A stretch of 64,000 bases of DNA from a virus. The stretch lies in IMG/VR virus record IMGVR_UViG_3300023276_001265. One strand, 5' to 3'. The notes under the pieces are model-generated. The model saw nothing but the letters and a program-made list of their open reading frames with translations, made no database searches and had not been told where the DNA came from. A program made the position numbers and the translations under genes. Shown piece after piece: positions 16,505 to 26,074 of the stretch (its first letter is position 1; each line of letters begins with the position of its first letter).

Positions 16505-17806
16505 ATGCCGAATAAAAAACCTACAAAGAAGGTCGCCCCACAGATGGCTACTGATGCTCCTGCCCCTCCAGAGAGTTCTGCCAAAAAGGTAGTTGCTAAG
16601 AAGAAGGCTATCAAGAAAAAGGCCACCAAGAAAAAGGCTACCAAGAAGAAAAAGGACGAAGTAGTCGATCCCTTTGAGGCCTTTGTTGCAGCGGCTAAGA
16701 CTCGGTGGCCCGGTTCTATCGAAAAGGCATCTGATCTTCCGGTTGACGGAACGCCGACGATGAGCACCGGGAATTTCGTACTGGATCGTATGACCTATGG
16801 TGGGCTGAGGCGTGGTCGCCTCTACCGTTTCTGGGGAATCCCTAAGAGCGCCAAGACGGGTTCAGCCCTGAACTGTGCGGAGGCCTTTACCAGCAATCAC
16901 TGCTCGAACTGCTTTGAGCACAGACTTAAGTGTGAGTGCAAGGGCGAGTTCAACTACGCCAAGTGTCTCTACGTGGACGTTGAGGGCCGTATCTCAGACA
17001 ACAGGCCATGGGCTGAAGCTCACGGCATTGCGACCGAACGGCTGCTCATGGTCTCCCCCAAGGGAGGAGAGCAGGTAGTCGATATTGCCGATGCTGCGTT
17101 GCGGTCAGATGCTGGAATTGGTCTGGTGATTATCGACTCCATCGCCCAGATGACTAGCACGGACGAGGTGACCAAGGCCGCAGAGAAGGGGAAGACCATC
17201 GGTCGCAACGCGATGTTGGTTAACTCTGCGCTCCGCAAGTGGGTTTGCTCAATCGTGAGTAAGGACATCACTAGCACGAATAAGCCGACGATCATTCTGA
17301 TCAACCAGCTTCGGAACAGGGTTGCCGCATTTGGTAACCCAGATGTCATGCCGGGTGGAATGGGCCAGGGCTACGCCAGTGCGTGTGACATCAAGTTCAC
17401 CAAGCGACAGAAGCACTACCTACTCCCAGACGGTAAGGGTGGGATCAAAGACCACGTCGTCAAGTTCGGGAGCAAGTTCAAGCCTGGCGAAGACGATACG
17501 GCAAACTTTGTTGAAATCGAGGCCAAGGTTACGGACTCAGGGATTTGCCCTCCTGGTCGTTATGGCACGTTCAACTACTGGATGCAGCCTGGTCACGGGC
17601 GACGATCAGGCGATACCGACAATACTCTCTGGCTGTGGGAATACGCCAAGAAGTATGAACTCCTCAAGAAGAAGGAGAAGGGGCAGGGCTACGTCCTCGG
17701 AAATCTGGAGGCCAGAACCCAAAAGGAGATGGAGAAGATATTCATCGAAGACCTGGACGCACAAGAGCAGGTCTGGCTCGACCTCATGGTGATCCTAGGT
17801 AAGTAG
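16505..17806 (+). CDS. recA: RecA/UvsX-like recombinase
   Basis: STGNFVLD..GG, GIPKSAKT, YVDVEG, IIDSIA, LINQLR, PGG; lysine-rich N-terminus; small CxxC..CxC insert. Confidence 0.9.
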   Translation: MPNKKPTKKVAPQMATDAPAPPESSAKKVVAKKKAIKKKATKKKATKKKKDEVVDPFEAFVAAAKTRWPGSIEKASDLPVDGTPTMSTGNFVLDRMTYGGLRRGRLYRFWGIPKSAKTGSALNCAEAFTSNHCSNCFEHRLKCECKGEFNYAKCLYVDVEGRISDNRPWAEAHGIATERLLMVSPKGGEQVVDIADAALRSDAGIGLVIIDSIAQMTSTDEVTKAAEKGKTIGRNAMLVNSALRKWVCSIVSKDITSTNKPTIILINQLRNRVAAFGNPDVMPGGMGQGYASACDIKFTKRQKHYLLPDGKGGIKDHVVKFGSKFKPGEDDTANFVEIEAKVTDSGICPPGRYGTFNYWMQPGHGRRSGDTDNTLWLWEYAKKYELLKKKEKGQGYVLGNLEARTQKEMEKIFIEDLDAQEQVWLDLMVILGK

Positions 17807-18028
17807 CTATGTCTCGTCTACGATCCGCAGAAGCGGATTCTCGTGTTGTAGGTCATCGGCGAGGTAGTCAAAGCGCGGCGGCACGGCCATGCGGCCGGTT
17901 TTTTTTGGGTCGCCACTGTCGTGACGAATCGTGATCCACTTCCCATTGATGCCGATGACCGTCCCCTCTCGACTGTGATTACGCTTCTCGGTGCGCCGGA
18001 GCAGAACCCGGTCGCCGATCTGAAACAC
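17807..18028 (-). CDS. small SH3/KOW-like hypothetical protein
   Basis: MFQIGDRVLL...GTVIG pattern. Confidence 0.6.
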   Translation of the reverse strand: MFQIGDRVLLRRTEKRNHSREGTVIGINGKWITIRHDSGDPKKTGRMAVPPRFDYLADDLQHENPLLRIVDET

Positions 18029-18585
18029 TAGTTCTTCTTCCGGCCAGCCTTTAGCTGGTGATCCTCGGGGTCGTGCTTACTCGTGGTCTCGATCAGCCTC
18101 TTCGGCTCTCCGTCCTTTTCATCCCCACTGTGTTTGTTTAGATACTCCTGCGGACTCATGGTGACTTTGCGGCTTGGTCGAGATTTGAGGCTGTCGAAGA
18201 AGCCTCTGGTGGACATTGGAAGATCCTCGATCATCCAGCCCATTTCCTCGGTCAGTTCGTCGTGGAACTCATCAGCCTTTGACCCACGAGAGAAGATGTC
18301 GTGCTCTTCCTCTTCCTCTACCGGCTCGCTCTTCACGCGGTTGATGAGCTGGTCCTCGGCCATTCCTGTAAGGAACTCCTCGACCTCGACTCCGACGTAG
18401 GAGTCGAAGTTGAACGTCGAGAACCTGCGAGCTATCTCGCTCATGTCCTGGACGATAGCTGTCTGGAGTTGGTGCTCAGAGAGCGAGTTCCCCTCGGCCA
18501 ATCGCCTGAGGAACATTCCCCGCATGAGCTTGGTGCGGTCGTCCCCATTGAGGACGATCATTTCTACGCCTAGTCGTTTCTTCAT
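18028..18585 (-). CDS. hypothetical protein
   Basis: 185-aa ORF preceded by GGTAGAAT-N5-ATG. Confidence 0.7.
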   Translation of the reverse strand: MKKRLGVEMIVLNGDDRTKLMRGMFLRRLAEGNSLSEHQLQTAIVQDMSEIARRFSTFNFDSYVGVEVEEFLTGMAEDQLINRVKSEPVEEEEEHDIFSRGSKADEFHDELTEEMGWMIEDLPMSTRGFFDSLKSRPSRKVTMSPQEYLNKHSGDEKDGEPKRLIETTSKHDPEDHQLKAGRKKN

Positions 18586-18622
18586 ATTCTATTCTACCCA
18601 GCCGTGTAGAAGAAATTGACGA

Positions 18623-18859
18623 CTACAGGCCGTAGAGCTTCTTTGCTTGGGCTTTAGCGATGTTCATGTAGGCCATGCACTCACCCTCAAGCCTGCCCGT
18701 AAAGTAGGCGTGCCTCGCCTTGATACGGTCCCAGACAGCTGTGTATTCGACCGTTGCGGGGCGGAGATTGCTCAACGCTTCCTGGTCCTCCAAAAGGGGT
18801 CCCATGTCGATGTCTACGTGGAAGGCGACACTGATACGCTCTGATTTGTGGTCACTCAT
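18623..18859 (-). CDS. hypothetical protein
   Basis: AGGAG RBS before MSDHKS. Confidence 0.6.
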   Translation of the reverse strand: MSDHKSERISVAFHVDIDMGPLLEDQEALSNLRPATVEYTAVWDRIKARHAYFTGRLEGECMAYMNIAKAQAKKLYGL

Positions 18860-18866
18860 TGGTCTC

Positions 18867-19199
18867 CTATATGGCGTCGGGAAAAGTGCAGACCACGCCT
18901 GCATCCATCAGAATAAACTTGATGGAAGATCCTACACCTTTAACGACAGGGCGAATGCCTGGGTGTCTAAACTCTTTGTAATCTTGGCGCCCCATGGGCT
19001 CGCGTAGGCGGAGCACACACATCAGTTCACCACCGGGAACCTCCTCGCCAAGGTTGAACCTCTTGAGCTTTCTACACTCCTCTCCATCCGGTGTTTCCCA
19101 CTTACCGATGAATACATCATGTATGGAACCGGCCAGGCGAAGAGAGTGTGAGCTGTATGCGAATTCACCGCGCTCTAGTTTCGGCTGGGTCTGACTCAT
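18867..19199 (-). CDS. hypothetical protein
   Basis: 110-aa ORF in a minus-strand gene run. Confidence 0.6.
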   Translation of the reverse strand: MSQTQPKLERGEFAYSSHSLRLAGSIHDVFIGKWETPDGEECRKLKRFNLGEEVPGGELMCVLRLREPMGRQDYKEFRHPGIRPVVKGVGSSIKFILMDAGVVCTFPDAI

Positions 19200-19292
19200 C
19201 TGTAACTCTCTTACTTGGTTCCGTCGACTGGACTTCTATCAGACTTGTACCCTGGGGGTGAGAACGGTAGTATGCGCAATAAGGAGGTGACC

Positions 19293-20180
19293 ATGACTAC
19301 GAGTTCATTCTACGTTGGCGATGTATCTGACGGGTGTCCTGAGATCAAGGACACGAGTTGCGACTTGATCGTGACCAGCCCACCTTACTTTAAGCGAAAT
19401 GGTTACTCGGACGACCTTATGTGTCGTCTTGGTGAAGTGTTCGCTCGGGTTTTGAAGCCTGGCGGCAGAGCTTACGTGATCATCGCCCAAATCAACGAAA
19501 AGCTGGACCGTCCTCTTGATGCTCAGCGCTGTATTATGGATGGAGGAGAGAAAAATCTCGCCCCAGGCCAGACGATCATCTGGACCAAATCGATTGCAGT
19601 CGGTGGTTGGGTTGAGAAGTGCCCGTCCTGTCAGACCAAGACTAGGACCGAGGTAGTATCACGCGGTCACTTCCAACCGATCAATTCAAAGAACCTTCTC
19701 AACTACTGTTGGGAATATGTTCTGAGTTTTGTCAAGAAGCCTGTGAAGGCTCTGCTCCCTCTAGACCGAAAGGGGATCGGCGTTGCCTACGCAGATAAGA
19801 CGAACATCACTCGATGGGCCAACGCGGCTGACGCGGTCCACTGCCCTGGGGATATCTGGTACATCCCCTATGAGACAACAGGTTCCTCTATTAAGAAGAC
19901 ACACCGACACGAGTTTCCGGTTGAGCTTGCACGCCGCCTAATCGTAGGCAGTGGGGTCTCTAAAGGCTCAACGGTGTTCGATCCTTTCCTTGGAGGGGGC
20001 ACAACCGTAATCACAGCTGCCCAGCTAGGAATGAACTCTCTTGGGTATGACATCAACGAAAACGCAGTGAACGCTCTCCGACATTCATGGTCTCTCGGCG
20101 ACACGGGTATAACCAAGTGTCCCGAAGATGAAACCAAACACAATGGAGGTCAAAATGAAGAAGAGTCTAAGCACCCGTAA
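19293..20180 (+). CDS. DNA N4-cytosine/N6-adenine methyltransferase (beta class)
   Basis: VTSPPY, DPFLGGGTT, CxxC insert; TAAGGAGGTG RBS before 19293. Confidence 0.9.
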   Translation: MTTSSFYVGDVSDGCPEIKDTSCDLIVTSPPYFKRNGYSDDLMCRLGEVFARVLKPGGRAYVIIAQINEKLDRPLDAQRCIMDGGEKNLAPGQTIIWTKSIAVGGWVEKCPSCQTKTRTEVVSRGHFQPINSKNLLNYCWEYVLSFVKKPVKALLPLDRKGIGVAYADKTNITRWANAADAVHCPGDIWYIPYETTGSSIKKTHRHEFPVELARRLIVGSGVSKGSTVFDPFLGGGTTVITAAQLGMNSLGYDINENAVNALRHSWSLGDTGITKCPEDETKHNGGQNEEESKHP

Positions 20181-20784
20181 CGTACTACTCAATGTTCGCC
20201 AGTTCGTAGCTGATGACAGTGAGCGCGGTCAACGGATCCAAGAATTGAACGATCAACTTTCCGCCGCGATCGCCACCAGGGCGAACGCTGCAACAGAGGC
20301 CCTCAACATTTTGAAGGACTACCTGTCGCACCAGTCGGAAGTTCACGGCTTCAACGCTGATCTAGTCGCCCCGGCTGTCGGCTTCAATCCCGTAGCATTG
20401 GCACAGCTAGGGGCCACCAAGAAGGTTACCAAGAAGACCAAGAAGAAAAAGAAGAAGGTCACCAAGAAGGTCACCAAGAAGCGGTCAACTCGCAGAAGCG
20501 GTCGAGCCGGTAAGACGTTTACGACGTCCGACGACGTCAAGATCAGGAACCTGTCTCCCAAGGAGTTGCAACTCGTAGAACTCTTGGACGACCGAGACCG
20601 CAAGTTCACCACAACCAAAATGCTGGTGGGTAAAGGCATCATCCCCAAGGAGAACCACGCTACGGCGAAGGTCAACGCCCTCCGTAAGAAGGGTGCCCCC
20701 ATCGAGAGCGCACGTCAGGCACGAGCCAACGACGATAGAGTCTCGAAGAAGGCACGCGGCTACCGTCTTATCTCTGTGGGCTAG
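20155..20784 (+). CDS. lysine-rich DNA-binding protein with C-terminal wHTH-like region
   Basis: GGAGG RBS; poly-K linker; VNALRKKGAPIES...GYRL. Confidence 0.65.
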   Translation: MKKSLSTRNVLLNVRQFVADDSERGQRIQELNDQLSAAIATRANAATEALNILKDYLSHQSEVHGFNADLVAPAVGFNPVALAQLGATKKVTKKTKKKKKKVTKKVTKKRSTRRSGRAGKTFTTSDDVKIRNLSPKELQLVELLDDRDRKFTTTKMLVGKGIIPKENHATAKVNALRKKGAPIESARQARANDDRVSKKARGYRLISVG

Positions 20785-20786
20785 CT

Positions 20787-21188
20787 ATGACGCTGCCTGA
20801 AGAGATCGCAGCTCTTGCGAAGCAACTTTACGAAGTCTGTGAGCGCTATAAGGTCGAGACAGTCGTGCTGACCCAACACATAGGTCAGCATGACGACTCA
20901 ATGAATCAATTCACTGTTGAAATTGAGCACAAACTAGGACTCATAGACATAGTCAAGGATCCGCCATACTTCTGCATGCCAGAAAATGGCGAGGAGATCG
21001 CCCCAGCCTTATCCGCTGGGATTGCCTGTTTAGTGGATCACAAAAAGCGTGCACTGCTGAACGCTCGCAGTGATTTATCCGAGGCAGAGAACGACCTGAT
21101 TACCTGCGAGGACAATCTCAGGACTGTGTCTCTACTTGACCCAGGCGTGCTCGATCAGATCGTCATGGCTATGGAAGAGTCAGACTAG
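20787..21188 (+). CDS. hypothetical protein
   Basis: 133-aa ORF; ends VLDQIVMAMEESD. Confidence 0.65.
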   Translation: MTLPEEIAALAKQLYEVCERYKVETVVLTQHIGQHDDSMNQFTVEIEHKLGLIDIVKDPPYFCMPENGEEIAPALSAGIACLVDHKKRALLNARSDLSEAENDLITCEDNLRTVSLLDPGVLDQIVMAMEESD

Positions 21189-21787
21189 ACCATTTGCCAA
21201 CGGCTGGCTGGATCGAGCTTCATCAGCTTGGTCCAGCAGTCTGGGCATACTGGTCTGTAGCTTTCTGCTCCGCCAACTTGTAGCTGACTATCTTTAAGCC
21301 CCTCTCCGATGTAGAGGCTCCTAGTAGCCGTTCCGTGTGTGTTGCAGGCGTCGCAGTCCGCCGAGAGCCAATGTACGTGGTCAGCTACGGCCAGTAACCT
21401 TGGAATAGAGTGCCCGAACGGGTCTAGTTCTGATGTCGCACCTAGACCGGATACGAGGACGATAGCCTTTTCGCGGATCCTACAAATGTAGGCGTAGAGG
21501 ACAGATTCATCTGGAAAATGGTTCGGCTCATCGATCCAGACCACATCAACATCAGCATCCTCTACGAACGTGGCCATATCAAATGCGTGCTCGAATTCGT
21601 GGCAGGGAAAGTCTTCCCCATTCTTCGTAGAGAGCGATGAGGGATCGTGCTCGTGATCTCTGCGGCTGATCGCGGGCCTTACTAGCAGAACCTTCTTTCC
21701 GTGACGGGCGTATCGACGGGCCGCGTCTAGTGCTCCCGTGGTTTTTGCGGCACACATCGGTCCGCACCACACACGGAGGAGCTTCAC
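21185..21787 (-). CDS. tdk: thymidine kinase
   Basis: GPMCAAKTT (variant P-loop), VWIDE, FG..PRLLAVAD, CxxC...VGGAESYRPVCxxC. Confidence 0.9.
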   Translation of the reverse strand: MKLLRVWCGPMCAAKTTGALDAARRYARHGKKVLLVRPAISRRDHEHDPSSLSTKNGEDFPCHEFEHAFDMATFVEDADVDVVWIDEPNHFPDESVLYAYICRIREKAIVLVSGLGATSELDPFGHSIPRLLAVADHVHWLSADCDACNTHGTATRSLYIGEGLKDSQLQVGGAESYRPVCPDCWTKLMKLDPASRWQMV

Positions 21788-22263
21788 GACATGCGTCCGT
21801 CGTCCTCGTAGGGAAGATCATCATATATGCTCTGGTGCCCAGGCCTACGCGCCTTAGGTTGTACCATTTTTGCCCGACTTTCCTCCTGCTCAGGAGGACG
21901 AGGGTCCATCGGCGGTACCATCTCTTCATTGATAGTAGGACTGATCACCTCGCAGTAGACACCACAACCGGGGCGTGCCTTACCTGCGAGTTTGGTGACG
22001 ATGAGCTCTGGACCACCGGCCCCCTGATCATCGCAGACATCGATTGCATAGTGGACGACATCGCTCTCACCAGCATCGATGATGTTCTGTTCCATGTCCC
22101 AGAAGCAGTCAAGCACGGTGTCGATGGCCCTATAGATAAGGGTGCCGAAGCCCTGTTTGAGGCCTACGAATCGTCGCTTCTTTTCGACCTTGGGTTCCGA
22201 CTTCACCCGTCGCTTGGCGATGATGATCGGGACGGCCTGGTCGCCTCTCATAAAGATGTTCAT
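21784..22263 (-). CDS. hypothetical protein
   Basis: Lies in an operon between the dNK and TK genes. Confidence 0.6.
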   Translation of the reverse strand: MNIFMRGDQAVPIIIAKRRVKSEPKVEKKRRFVGLKQGFGTLIYRAIDTVLDCFWDMEQNIIDAGESDVVHYAIDVCDDQGAGGPELIVTKLAGKARPGCGVYCEVISPTINEEMVPPMDPRPPEQEESRAKMVQPKARRPGHQSIYDDLPYEDDGRMS

Positions 22264-22266
22264 AGG

Positions 22267-22962
22267 CTACAACCTAGCGAAGTTTCGCATGAAGCGCACG
22301 TCTTCGTTCAGGACCTCATTGATCTGGCTGTTGGTGCCATCGATGTCGTCGTTGAACTCGTTCCAATCAAACACTACAACTCTGGTGAAGCGGCTCATGG
22401 CGTCCATCATTGCCTCGTGCTCGTCATGTAGGCGCTTCAAATAGCCCAGCGGCACTCCGGACTCCTCTTCACGCCCTCGGGTCTTGGTCCTCTCGTGGCA
22501 CACCTCAGGGTCTGCACGCAGGTAGACCATGACGTCTGGGTAGCGAAGGTATCGCTTGAGACTGCCGAACGTATCTGCGTAGATGTCCCACTCTTCCTGG
22601 GTCATGTTCCCGTCCATCGATACGAGTCGGCCGAAGCATCCATCGGCGTAGATACTTCTGTCCTGGACAGCCCCAATGCCGTTAGCAACTAGCTCGGCAG
22701 CTAGCGTGTGCTGCTTGAACCGCTCCTTGAGGGCATACATCTGAAAGGTGAACCCCCAGCGAGACGGGTCTTCGTAGAAGAGTCCCAGGAGAGTCCTAAA
22801 CGCTGGCTTGTCGACCGGCTCAGGAAAGAGCCTCGTTCTATCCGCCCCGCGAACCTCGGTCAGCTGGCTGCAGAAGGTCGACTTCCCCACTCCGATATTT
22901 CCCTCTACGGCGATGAACACTCCTTGGTCGTCGGTGTTCAGATGGCCTGCTGGTGGGATCAT
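22267..22962 (-). CDS. deoxynucleoside kinase (dNK family)
   Basis: IAVEGNIGVGKST, DRSIYAD, PDVMVYL, RGREEE. Confidence 0.92.
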   Translation of the reverse strand: MIPPAGHLNTDDQGVFIAVEGNIGVGKSTFCSQLTEVRGADRTRLFPEPVDKPAFRTLLGLFYEDPSRWGFTFQMYALKERFKQHTLAAELVANGIGAVQDRSIYADGCFGRLVSMDGNMTQEEWDIYADTFGSLKRYLRYPDVMVYLRADPEVCHERTKTRGREEESGVPLGYLKRLHDEHEAMMDAMSRFTRVVVFDWNEFNDDIDGTNSQINEVLNEDVRFMRNFARL

Positions 22963-23705
22963 GGGGTTCTCCTGGTAACCGTGGTCGCTTTTGCCAACTC
23001 CTCGACCGCGAGCTCGAAGTAGTCAGGTTTGTTTTCAAAACTGATGTGTCTTCGCCCAGTCGAGTGGGCTGCCCTGGCAGTGGTGCCGCTCCCAGCGAAC
23101 GGATCAAGCACGAGGTCGCCCTCATTGGAGAATATCTTGATGATGTCCTTGAATATCTTGTGGGGCTTCTTGTTGGGGTGGGCATGGCTCATAACCGGGT
23201 GGTGGAATTCGCCACGCTCGTAGCTGACATCTCTACGCTTGTGGAAAGTCCAACCTCCCTTGTTCTTATTTATCGGCTTCACCGCCCACAAGCAGCACTC
23301 GTCGCCCTGCACCGGAACGCGGTGCATGTTTCGAGGAATCGGGTTGTTCTTACGCCACCTCATTTGGCGCTTTACTACAACACCGAGCGTTTGTAGGTGG
23401 GCCGCAATAATACCGAGCAGCTTCCAGTCGTTCCAGATGACCAGTGACCCACCCTTCTTGAGGGACCTCACCGCGTCCTCAAGCCATCCAGTCTGATCGA
23501 ACTCGTGGTCCCATTCGCCGAAGTCGATGCTCCTCCGACCCATCGTATGTAAGTTATTGGTCTGACTTACATTGTAAGGAGGGTCACATAAAACTAGATC
23601 AACGCTTCCTGGAGTGACCAACTTCAACAGTTCAAAGGCATCGCCCAGATAGATTGCTGACTTATTGAGGAGGTGGGTTTGTTTTGGTGTCCACACGCCG
23701 CTCAC
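22959..23705 (-). CDS. DNA adenine methyltransferase (beta class)
   Basis: DPPYN, HPNKKP, DPFAGSGTT. Confidence 0.92.
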   Translation of the reverse strand: MSGVWTPKQTHLLNKSAIYLGDAFELLKLVTPGSVDLVLCDPPYNVSQTNNLHTMGRRSIDFGEWDHEFDQTGWLEDAVRSLKKGGSLVIWNDWKLLGIIAAHLQTLGVVVKRQMRWRKNNPIPRNMHRVPVQGDECCLWAVKPINKNKGGWTFHKRRDVSYERGEFHHPVMSHAHPNKKPHKIFKDIIKIFSNEGDLVLDPFAGSGTTARAAHSTGRRHISFENKPDYFELAVEELAKATTVTRRTP

Positions 23706-24228
23706 GCTCTCGACTCCCGTCGCAGGTTGTGCATACCCATTGCACGTTTAGATAGTTTGTTTTGTCGTAGCCCATGAAGTGGTCTGCCCGAATGAGACTC
23801 CGCCCATCTGCTGCCCGACCGGGAGTGCTGCCGCAGTCCTCGCATATTGACGGCCTTACCAGATCGCCACGTGCGATAGCGTGTTGCACGGCTACGCGGG
23901 CCCTCGCTCTTAGCTGAGCGTGCTCTCTCTTCCGATAGACTTGTTGGTAGGCCTGCTGCTTTCTCCTCGCCTCTGGCGTGCGCCTGGTGGCGTTCCTCTT
24001 TTCTTTGATGTCTTGTCTTCTTTTCCTCGCTCTCTGACGTTCGGCGTAAGCGGTGTTCTCTACCCGTTGCTCCTTCTTTCGTTCCCGGTCTTGCTTTCTG
24101 CATTTCGCCCTGTTGGCTTCCCTGTGCTTCCGCATGTAGGCAGCATTGAGCGCTCGGTGGCAGTTGAGGCAACGTCCGTTTTTGTGGATTGATGGTATTT
24201 GGCAGTCTCTGCAATTTGGGGTAGGCAT
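23662..24228 (-). CDS. HNH-like homing endonuclease
   Basis: CxxC motifs; AIARGDLVRPSICEDCG...ADH..Y...LNVQWVCTTC. Confidence 0.75.
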   Translation of the reverse strand: MPTPNCRDCQIPSIHKNGRCLNCHRALNAAYMRKHREANRAKCRKQDRERKKEQRVENTAYAERQRARKRRQDIKEKRNATRRTPEARRKQQAYQQVYRKREHAQLRARARVAVQHAIARGDLVRPSICEDCGSTPGRAADGRSLIRADHFMGYDKTNYLNVQWVCTTCDGSRERERRVDTKTNPPPQ

Positions 24229-24235
24229 CTATCCT

Positions 24236-24370
24236 CCGACCCAAATTGTAACATGGAGGGTCGGTCAGGACCAGGTCTACGGACTCTGGCCGAACGCTCT
24301 TTAGGAGCTGGAAAGCATCGCCAAGGTAGATGGCGGACTGTTCTGGTAAGTAGAGAGAATCGCCTGACAT
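24236..24370 (-). pseudogene. 5' fragment of a DNA methyltransferase
   Basis: SAIYLGDAFQLLKSVRPESVDLVLTDPP matches the N-terminus of 22959-23705, then similarity ends. Confidence 0.75.
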
Positions 24371-24385
24371 GGAATGGTGGTGATT

Positions 24386-25258
24386 CTACTCGTCTAAATT
24401 GAGATTGGAAGAAACTACCGGAGCTTCGGCAGTGATATCACGAGGCTCTGACTCGCGTTCTTCGTAATCTCCTTCTTTCCCATCTTCGGCCATAGTGAGA
24501 GCCGCATTTAGGATGTTGATCTTTTGTTTTGTCATTGATCGTGCGGACCTCAATTTAGCGCCCGACCCAATGATGGACTTCTGAGCAGCATCGGCTACAT
24601 CAAAGAGCTCATCTAGTGATGAGAGGTGGACAGTGAGCGCTCTAGCCACCCGAGCACTTCGCGCTTGGATGTCTTGGCTATGGCGTTCCAACTCCTCACG
24701 CTGTTTAGCAGCTGCGGCTCGGATCTCAGGTATGACTCTTTGCGCCGCAGCGTCTCGCTGCTTCAGCCGGTCTAGTTCATCCTGAGCTTGCTCAAACTTG
24801 AGCCTCTCCTTGCCGTAGTGCCTCTCTAGTGCCTCACGAGCAGTCCATTCACGGTTGTAGGCCTCGCGCCATGCGTTGTCGATGAACTCGTCTAGTTCGA
24901 CCTCTTCCGCCTCGTTGAGAGTCTCTGTGGTCTTCGCAGTCGCGATGTCATTGATGAACCATTCGACTCCGAGGTCTGCGGCCGACTTAAGGCTAGCAGA
25001 CCAGCCTCCGGGGGAGAGGATCATAGGGATGCTTAGCTTCTCAGCTAAGGCTCGTGCGTCGTAGAAGTGCTTGTGCCCTACCCACGAGCTAAGGACTACG
25101 ACAGCGTCGGGAACCTTGGTCGGGTCAGTCGTGCGGCCCCGAGTGTGGTCCTGCTCAAACTGTTCATAGTTGAAGGCGGCTGATAGCCACGGGGGGACGT
25201 TTTTTCCCTTCCCTCCAACGATGTAGATTCGACGCTTTGCTGGTTTGGACTCTGACAT
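24386..25258 (-). CDS. DUF2325-like domain with coiled coil
   Basis: IVGG...PDAVVVLSSWVGH...AEKLSIP; GGAGG RBS before MSESKP. Confidence 0.6.
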   Translation of the reverse strand: MSESKPAKRRIYIVGGKGKNVPPWLSAAFNYEQFEQDHTRGRTTDPTKVPDAVVVLSSWVGHKHFYDARALAEKLSIPMILSPGGWSASLKSAADLGVEWFINDIATAKTTETLNEAEEVELDEFIDNAWREAYNREWTAREALERHYGKERLKFEQAQDELDRLKQRDAAAQRVIPEIRAAAAKQREELERHSQDIQARSARVARALTVHLSSLDELFDVADAAQKSIIGSGAKLRSARSMTKQKINILNAALTMAEDGKEGDYEERESEPRDITAEAPVVSSNLNLDE

Positions 25259-25301
25259 CTTCACCTCCACGTGGTTATACCCGCGCGGTTGATGTGATGA
25301 T

Positions 25302-25697
25302 CTAGAGTAATCCGAGGAAATCGAGAACGCCGACATCTGACATGGACATGTCCTCAAGTGCTTCAGCTAATCGTGGTTCCAAGGAGTCGAGCATTCGTTG
25401 CCCCTTTTCGGTCCTACGATATTCGGGCAGGCTGATCATCTTTCCCATGCGCTTCGCCCAACCGCCCTCTATCCACTCCTCGACTACGCACACAGTGACC
25501 TCTCCTTGCATCCCGATGGTGAAGTTGTCATTGAGGTAGAGGTCTGGAGTTCTCTGTCTGACCAGTTCAAGGTCTGCCTCAAGCGCCTCCATCAATAGGG
25601 CTGGCTGAATGCGCGAGGATTGGCGGTGTGAGGGGACGCGGCGGACAATCATCGCCTGGAGGAGAAGTAGCCGTTCAGCGTAGTTGAAGCCGTTCAA
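25302..25697 (-). CDS. hypothetical protein (IVRRVP paralog family)
   Basis: MIVRRVP...LMEALEADL; ends VLDFLGLL. Confidence 0.6.
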   Translation of the reverse strand: MNGFNYAERLLLLQAMIVRRVPSHRQSSRIQPALLMEALEADLELVRQRTPDLYLNDNFTIGMQGEVTVCVVEEWIEGGWAKRMGKMISLPEYRRTEKGQRMLDSLEPRLAEALEDMSMSDVGVLDFLGLL

Positions 25698-25698
25698 C

Positions 25699-26058
25699 CT
25701 AGTCTCCAGCGCCAGCGAGCAGGATAAGTGGATCGCATACCGGCAATGTATCGATCAACCTAGTGACTTTCGGATTTAGCCTAGCGACGTAGCGCTTTGT
25801 CCTGTCGTTGCGGAAGATCAACCCGTTCTTCTCGCTTAAGAGATTGCGCTGAAGTAGAAATTTGAGAGTTCGGTCGGGGGTCGCTCGCCGTGAAAACTGA
25901 GTAAAGCAAAACCCAGTTGATGTAGTCGACCTCTCAATGTCCTCTTCAAGGTTCTTCAATAGATCGGCCTTCTTGATGGGCATTGAGTTGGGTACACGCC
26001 AGATCACGAACGCGTTTGCGACAGTTTGTTTGGGTAGGTTCTTCTTACTCATGATCAT
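25699..26058 (-). CDS. hypothetical protein (IVRRVP paralog family)
   Basis: VIWRVPNSMPI...LKNLEEDI. Confidence 0.6.
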   Translation of the reverse strand: MIMSKKNLPKQTVANAFVIWRVPNSMPIKKADLLKNLEEDIERSTTSTGFCFTQFSRRATPDRTLKFLLQRNLLSEKNGLIFRNDRTKRYVARLNPKVTRLIDTLPVCDPLILLAGAGD

Positions 26059-26074
26059 TCTTGTTTATACCCGA

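Noticed and set aside
21730-22431. Long antisense ORFs (also 30833-31570, 35643-36347, 57732-58436)
   Set aside because: They lie opposite well-supported genes, have no motifs and are expected from GC-rich codon bias.
23702-24235. Full 222-aa methyltransferase at 23702-24370
   Set aside because: After DPP the frame is the shadow of the HNH gene and has no SAM-binding motif.
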